Below, one piece after another: positions 56,701 to 64,000 of a DNA stretch of 64,000 bases. Under the pieces are notes generated by a model. The model worked only from the letters and a program-made list of their open reading frames with translations, was not told the origin of the DNA and searched no databases. This DNA is from Auanema rhodensis (lineage: Eukaryota > Animalia > Nematoda). Position 1 is the stretch's first letter. Each line of letters starts with the position of its first letter. The stretch covers positions 1-64,000 of the forward strand of contig CAXKVF010000082.1 of assembly GCA_964057225.1 (NCBI GenBank), read 5' to 3'. A program made the translations under genes and the position numbers.

Positions 56701-59700
56701 TTAATTAGCATAAATTAAAGTTCACGTAAATTTCAAAGTCAAGGTTACCATGAACCAATATCAATAAAAATTTGTTTTTAGACTAATATGGACATGGGTA
56801 ATCTAATTTTGAAAACCGCATCTCTTTATCTTTCACGTGAAGCGAGTTACATACCAAGTGCACATCACGTGTACATTTAATTAGCATAAATTAAAGTTCA
56901 CGTAAATTTCAAAGTCATGGTTACCATGAACCAATATCAATAAAAATTTGTTTTTAGACTAATATGGACATGGGGAATCTAATTTTGAAAACCGCATCTC
57001 TTTATCTTTCACGTGAAGCGAGTTACATACCAAGTGCACATCACGTGTACATTTAATTAGCATAAATTAAAGTTCACGTAAATTTCAAAGTCAAGGTTAC
57101 CATGAAGCAATATCAATAAAAATTTGTTTTTAGACTAATATGGACATGGGGAATCTAATTTTGAAAACCGCATCTCTTTATCTTTCACGTGAAGCGAGTT
57201 ACATACCAAGTGCACATCACGTGTACATTTAATTAGCATAAATTAAAGTTCACGTAAATTTCAAAGTCATGGTTACCATGCACCAATATCAATAAAAATT
57301 TGTTTTTAGACTAATATGGACATGGGGAATCTAATTTTGAAAACCGCATCTCTTTATCTTTCACGTGAAGCGAGTTACATACCAAGTGCACATCACGTGT
57401 ACATTTAATTAGCATAAATTAAAGTTCACGTAAATTTCAAAGTCATGGTTACCATGCACCAATATCAATAAAAATTTGTTTTTAGACTAATATGGACATG
57501 GGTAATCTAATTTTGAAAACCGCATCTCTTTATCTTTCACGTGAAGCGAGTTACATACCAAGTGCACATCACGTGTACATTTAATTAGCATAAATTAAAG
57601 TTCACGTAAATTTCAAAGTCATGGTTACCATGAACCAATATTAATAAAAATTTGTTTTTAGACTAATATGGACATGGGGAATCTAATTTTGAAAACCGCA
57701 TCTCTTTATCTTTCACGTGAAGCGAGTTACATACCAAGTGCACATCACGTGTACATTTAATTAGCATAAATTAAAGTTCACGTAAATTTCAAAGTCATGG
57801 TTACCATGGACCAATATCAATAAAAATTTGTTTTTAGACTAATATGGACATGGGGAATCTAATTTTGAAAACCGCATTTCTTCATTTTTCACGTGAAGCG
57901 AGTTACATACCAAGTGCACATCACGTGTACATTTAATTAGCATAAATTAAAGTTCACGTAAATTTCAAAGTCATGGTTACCATGAACCAATATCAATAAG
58001 AATTTGTTTTTAGACTAATATGGACATGGGGAATCTAATTTTGAAAACCGCATCTCTTTATCTTTCACGTGAAGCGAGTTACATACCAAGTGCACATCAC
58101 GTGTACATTTAATTAGCATAAATTAAAGTTCACGTAAATTTCAAAGTCATGGTTACCATGAACCAATATCAATAAAAATTTGTTTTTAGACTAATATGGA
58201 CATGGGGAATCTAATTTTGAAAACCTCATCTTTTTATCTTTCACGTGAAGCGAGTTACATACCAAGTGCACATCACGTGTACATTTAATTAGCATAAATT
58301 AAAGTTCACGTAAAATTCAAAGTCATGGTTACCATGCACCAATATCAATAAAAATTTGTTTTTAGACTAATATGGACATGGGGAATCTAATTTTGAAAAC
58401 CGCATCTCTTTATCTTTCACGTGAAGCGAGTTACATACCAAGTGCACATCACGTGTACATTTAATTAGCATAAATTAAAGTTCACGTAAATTTCAAAGTC
58501 ATGGTTACCATGCACCAATATCAATAAAAATTTGTTTTTAGACTAATATGGACATGGGGAATCTAATTTTGAAAACCGCATCTCTTTATCTTTCACGTGA
58601 AGCGAGTTACATACCAAGTGCACATCACGTGTACATTTAATTAGCATAAATTAAAGTTCACGTAAATTTCAAAGTCATGGTTACCATGAACCAATATCAA
58701 TAAAAATTTGTTTTTAGACTAATATGGACATGGGGAATCTAATTTTGAAAACCGCATCTCTTTATCTTTCACGTGAAGCGAGTTACATACCAAGTGCACA
58801 TCACGTGTACATTTAATTAGCATAAATTAAAGTTCACGTAAATTTCAAAGTCATGGTTACCATGGACCAATATCAATAAAAATTTGTTTTTAGACTAATA
58901 TGGACATGGGGAATCTAATTTTGAAAACCGCATTTCTTCATTTTTCACGTGAAGCGAGTTACATACCAAGTGCACATCACGTGTACATTTAATTAGCATA
59001 AATTAAAGTTCACGTAAATTTCAAAGTCATGGTTACCATGAACCAATATCAATAAGAATTTGTTTTTAGACTAATATGGACATGGGGAATCTAATTTTGA
59101 AAACCGCATCTCTTTATCTTTCACGTGAAGCGAGTTACATACCAAGTGCACATCACGTGTACATTTAATTAGCATAAATTAAAGTTCACGTAAATTTCAA
59201 AGTCATGGTTACCATGAACCAATATCAATAAAAATTTGTTTTTAGACTAATATGGACATGGGGAATCTAATTTTGAAAACCGCATCTTTTTATCTTTCAC
59301 GTGAAGCGAGTTACATACCAAGTGCACATCACGTGTACATTTAATTAGCATAAATTAAAGTTCACGTAAAATTCAAAGTCATGGTTACCATGCACCAATA
59401 TCAATAAAAATTTGTTTTTAGACTAATATGGACATGGGGAATCTAATTTTGAAAACCGCATCTCTTTATCTTTCACGTGAAGCGAGTTACATACCAAGTG
59501 CACATCACGTGTACATTTAATTAGCATAAATTAAAGTTCACGTAAATTTCAAAGTCATGGTTACCATGCACCAATATCAATAAAAATTTGTTTTTAGACT
59601 AATATGGACATGGGGAATCTAATTTTGAAAACCGCATCTCTTTATCTTTCACGTGAAGCGAGTTACATACCAAGTGCACATCACGTGTACATTTAATTAG

Positions 59701-60013
59701 CATAAATTAAAGTTCACGTAAAATTCAAAGTCATGGTTACCATGCACCAATATCAATAAAAATTTGTTTTTAGACTAATATGGACATGGGGAATCTAATT
59801 TTGAAAACCGCATCTCTTTATCTTTCACGTGAAGCGAGTTACATACCAAGTGCACATCACGTGTACATTTAATTAGCGTAAATTAAAGTTCACGTAAATT
59901 TCAAAGTCATGGTTACCATGAACCAATATCAATAAAAATTTGTTTTTAGACTAATATGGACATGGGGAATCTAATTTTGAAAACCGCATCTCTTTATCTT
60001 TCACGTGAAGCGA
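41710..60013. repeat. Satellite sub-domain C (A73, T130, G131, G41, G84+T153+C158+T161)
   Basis: GTCAAGGTT (A73), GGGTAAT (T130), AGCGTAA (G41) and CATTTCTTCATTTTT occur only from ~41.7 kb to ~59.9 kb. The cassette C84+G131 | A73+T130 starts at 42414, 46286, 49278, 50334, 51742 and 56494. Confidence 0.85.
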
Positions 60014-63000
60014 GTTACATACCAAGTGCACATCACGTGTACATTTAATTAGCATAAATTAAAGTTCACGTAAATTTCAAAGTCATGGTTACCATGAACC
60101 AATATCAATAAAAATTTGTTTTTAGACTAATATGGACATGGGGAATCTAATTTTGAAAACCGCATCTCTTTATCTTTCACGTGAAGCGAGTTACATACCA
60201 AGTGCACATCACGTGTACATTTAATTAGCATAAATTAAAGTTCACGTAAATTTCAAAGTCATGGTTACCATGCACCAATATCAATAAAAATTTGTTTTTA
60301 GACTAATATGGACATGGGGAATCTAATTTTGAAAACCGCATCTCTTTATCTTTCACGTGAAGCGAGTTACATACCAAGTGCACATCACGTGTACATTTAA
60401 TTAGCATAAGTTAAAGTTCACGTAAATTTCAAAGTCATGGTTACCATGAACCAATATCAATAAAAATTTGTTTTTAGACTAATATGGACATGGGGAATCT
60501 AATTTTGAAAACCGCATCTCTTTATCTTTCACGTGAAGCGAGTTACATACCAAGTGCACATCACGTGTACATTTAATTAGCATAAATTAAAGTTCACGTA
60601 AATTTCAAAGTCATGGTTACCATGAACCAATATCAATAAAAATTTGTTTTTAGACTAATATGGACATGGGGAATCTAATTTTGAAAACCGCATCTCTTTA
60701 TCTTTCACGTGAAGCGAGTTACATACCAAGTGCACATCACGTGTACATTTAATTAGCATAAATTAAAGTTCACGTAAATTTCAAAGTCATGGTTACCATG
60801 CACCAATATCAATAAAAATTTGTTTTTAGACTAATATGGACATGGGGAATCTAATTTTGAAAACCGCATCTCTTTATCTTTCACGTGAAGCGAGTTACAT
60901 ACCAAGTGCACATCACGTGTACATTTAATTAGCATAAATTAAAGTTCACGTAAATTTCAAAGTCATGGTTACCATGAACCAATATCAATAAAAATTTGTT
61001 TTTAGACTAATATGGACATGGGGAATCTAATTTTGAAAACCGCATCTCTTTATCTTTCACGTGAAGCGAGTTACATACCAAGTGCACATCACGTGTACAT
61101 TTAATTAGCATAAATTAAAGTTCACGTAAATTTCAAAGTCATGGTTACCATGAAGCAATATCAATAAAAATTTGTTTTTAGACTAATATGGACATGGGGA
61201 ATCTAATTTTGAAAACCGCATCTCTTTATCTTTCACGTGAAGCGAGTACCATACCAAGTGCACATCACGTGTACATTTAATTAGCATAAATTAAAGTTCA
61301 CGTAAATTTCAAAGTCATGGTTACCATGAACCAATATCAATAAAAATTTGTTTTTAGACTAATATGGACATGGGGAATCTAATTTTGAAAACCGCATCTC
61401 TTTATCTTTCACGTGAAGCGAGTTACATACCAAGTGCACATCACGTGTACATTTAATTAGCATAAATTAAAGTTCACGTAAATTTCAAAGTCATGGTTAC
61501 CATGAACCAATATCAATAAAAATTTGTTTTTAGACTATTATGGACATGGGGAATCTAATTTTGAAAACCGCATCTCTTTATCTTTCACGTGAAGCGAGTT
61601 ACATACCAAGTGCACATCACGTGTACATTTAATTAGCATAAATTAAAGTTCACGTAAATTTCAAAGTCATGGTTACCATGCACCAATATCAATAAAAATT
61701 TGTTTTTAGACTAATATGGACATGGGGAATCTAATTTTGAAAACCGCATCTCTTTATCTTTCACGTGAAGCGAGTTACATACCAAGTGCACATCACGTGT
61801 ACATTTAATTAGCATAAATTAAAGTTCACGTAAATTTCAAAGTCATGGTTACCATGAACCAATATCAATAAAAATTTGTTTTTAGACTAATATGGACATG
61901 GGAAATCTAATTTTGAAAACCGCATCTCTTTATCTTTCACGTGAAGCGAGTTACATATCAAGTGCACATCACGTGTACATTTAATTAGCATAAATTAAAG
62001 TTCACGTAAATTTCAAAGTCATGGTTACCATGAAGCAATATCAATAAAAATTTGTTTTTAGACTAATATGGACATGGGGAATCTAATTTTGAAAACCGCA
62101 TCTCTTTATCTTTCACGTGAAGCGAGTTACATACCAAGTGCACATCACGTGTACATTTAATTAGCATAAATTAAAGTTCACGTAAATTTCAAAGTCATGG
62201 TTACCATGAACCAATATCAATAAAAATTTGTTTTTAGACTAATATGGACATGGGGAATCTAATTTTGAAAACCGCATCTCTTTATCTTTCACGTAAAGCG
62301 AGTTACATACCAAGTGCACATCACGTGTACATTTAATTAGCATAAATTAAAGTTCACGTAAATTTCAAAGTCATGGTTACCATGCACCAATATCAATAAA
62401 AATTTGTTTTTAGACTAATATGGACATGGGGAATCTAATTTTGAAAACCGCATCTCTTTATCTTTCACGTGAAGCGAGTTACATACCAAGTGCACATCAC
62501 GTGTACATTTAATTAGCATAAATTAAAGTTCACGTAAATTTCAAAGTCATGGTTACCATGAACCAATATCAATAAAAATTTGTTTTTAGACTAATATGGA
62601 CATGGGGAATCTAATTTTGAAAACCTCATCTCTTTATCTTTCACGTGAAGCGAGTTACATACCAAGTGCACATCACGTGTACATTTAATTAGCATAAATT
62701 AAAGTTCACGTAAATTTCAAAGTCATGGTTACCATGCACCAATATCAATAAAAATTTGTTTTTAGACTAATATGGACATGGGGAATCTAATTTTGAAAAC
62801 CGCATCTCTTTATCTTTCACGTGAAGCGAGTTACATACCAAGTGCACATCACGTGTACATTTAATTAGCATAAATTAAAGTTCACGTAAATTTCAAAGTC
62901 ATGGTTACCATGAACCAATATCAATAAAAATTTGTTTTTAGACTAATATGGACATGGGGAATCTAATTTTGAAAACCGCATCTCTTTATCTTTCACGTGA

Positions 63001-64000
63001 AGCGAGTTACATACCAAGTGCACATCACGTGTACATTTAATTAGCATAAATTAAAGTTCACGTAAATTTCAAAGTCATGGTTACCATGCACCAATATCAA
63101 TAAAAATTTGTTTTTAGACTAATATGGACATGGGGAATCTAATTTTGAAAACCGCATCTCTTTATCTTTCACGTGAAGCGAGTTACATACCAAGTGCACA
63201 TCACGTGTACATTTAATTAGCATAAGTTAAAGTTCACGTAAATTTCAAAGTCATGGTTACCATGAACCAATATCAATAAAAATTTGTTTTTAGACTAATA
63301 TGGACATGGGGAATCTAATTTTGAAAACCGCATCTCTTTATCTTTCACGTGAAGCGAGTTACATACCAAGTGCACATCACGTGTACATTTAATTAGCATA
63401 AATTAAAGTTCACGTAAATTTCAAAGTCATGGTTACCATGCACCAATATCAATAAAAATTTGTTTTTAGACTAATATGGACATGGGGAATCTAATTTTGA
63501 AAACCGCATCTCTTTATCTTTCACGTGAAGCGAGTTACATACCAAGTGCACATCACGTGTACATTTAATTAGCATAAATTAAAGTTCACGTAAATTTCAA
63601 AGTCATGGTTACCATGAACCAATATCAATAAAAATTTGTTTTTAGTCTAATATGGACATGGGAAATCTAATTTTGAAAACCGCATCTCTTTATCTTTCAC
63701 GTGAAGCGAGTTACATACCAAGTGCACATCACGTGTACATTTAATTAGCATAAATTAAAGTTCACGTAAATTTCAAAGTCATGGTTACCATGAAGCAATA
63801 TCAATAAAAATTTGTTTTTAGACTAATATGGACATGGGGAATCTAATTTTGAAAACCGCATCTCTTTATCTTTCACGTGAAGCGAGTTACATACCAAGTG
63901 CACATCACGTGTACATTTAATTAGCATAAATTAAAGTTCACGTAAATTTCAAAGTCATGGTTACCATGAACCAATATCAATAAAAATTTGTTTTTAGACT

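Larger units (their letters stand above)
1..64000. repeat. Tandem satellite DNA array, 176-bp monomer, ~363.6 copies, probably centromeric/pericentromeric; runs off both window ends
   Basis: GTTACATACC recurs at 1, 177, 352, 528, 704, 880 ... (176k), shifts to 176k-1 after ~37629 and to 176k-2 after ~38684 (e.g. 38718, 63886). Copies are near-identical and in the same orientation, with no non-repeat sequence. The tandem repeat is certain; the centromeric role is inferred from the nucleosome-plus-linker length and homogeneity. Confidence 0.99.

Noticed and set aside
1-64000. Protein-coding repeat ORF
   Set aside because: Monomer positions 32-49 hold stops in all three forward frames (TAA 33, TAG 37, TAA 47) and all three reverse frames (TTA 32, 36, 46). 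No ORF can exceed about one monomer.
1-64000. CRISPR array or other repeat-spacer system (palindromic repeats at regular spacing)
   Set aside because: The sequence between palindromes is the same in every unit. There are no unique spacers, leader or cas genes.
1-64000. A single fixed-period higher-order repeat, or information encoded in the variant order
   Set aside because: Recurrence offsets vary (2, 4, 5, 6, 9, 14, 17, 21, ~41, ~60 monomers) and are explained by ordinary nested duplication and conversion.

Overview
The whole 64 kb window is one uninterrupted, head-to-tail, single-orientation tandem satellite array: about 363.6 copies of a 176-bp AT-rich monomer (about 32% GC; consensus GTTACATACCAAGTGCACATCACGTGTACATTTAATTAGCATAAATTAAAGTTCACGTAAATTTCAAAGTCATGGTTACCATGAACCAATATCAATAAAAATTTGTTTTTAGACTAATATGGACATGGGGAATCTAATTTTGAAAACCGCATCTCTTTATCTTTCACGTGAAGCGA). 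Monomers differ from consensus by 0 to about 6 substitutions, and I see only three 1-bp deletions (~238, ~37629, ~38684). I found no genes, RNA genes, transposon insertions, inversions or CRISPR spacers; every monomer has stop codons in all six frames. Monomer length, homogeneity and array size resemble a eukaryotic (peri)centromeric satellite, but I cannot assign the family or species. The informative structure is at two scales. Within the monomer there are several dyad symmetries, three TCACGT motifs 32-33 bp apart, and a CENP-B-box-like 17-mer. Along the array, diagnostic variants define sub-domains (about 1-30 kb, a heterogeneous junction at 30.4-33.6 kb, 34-35.5 kb, 36-41 kb, 42-60 kb) and irregular higher-order duplications of 2, 4, 6, 9, 14, 17, 21 and about 60 monomers. 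I found no evidence of a new gene-based system. Variant names give the monomer position (e.g. C84), counting the G of GTTACATACC as 1. Variants were read by eye, so a few may have been missed.
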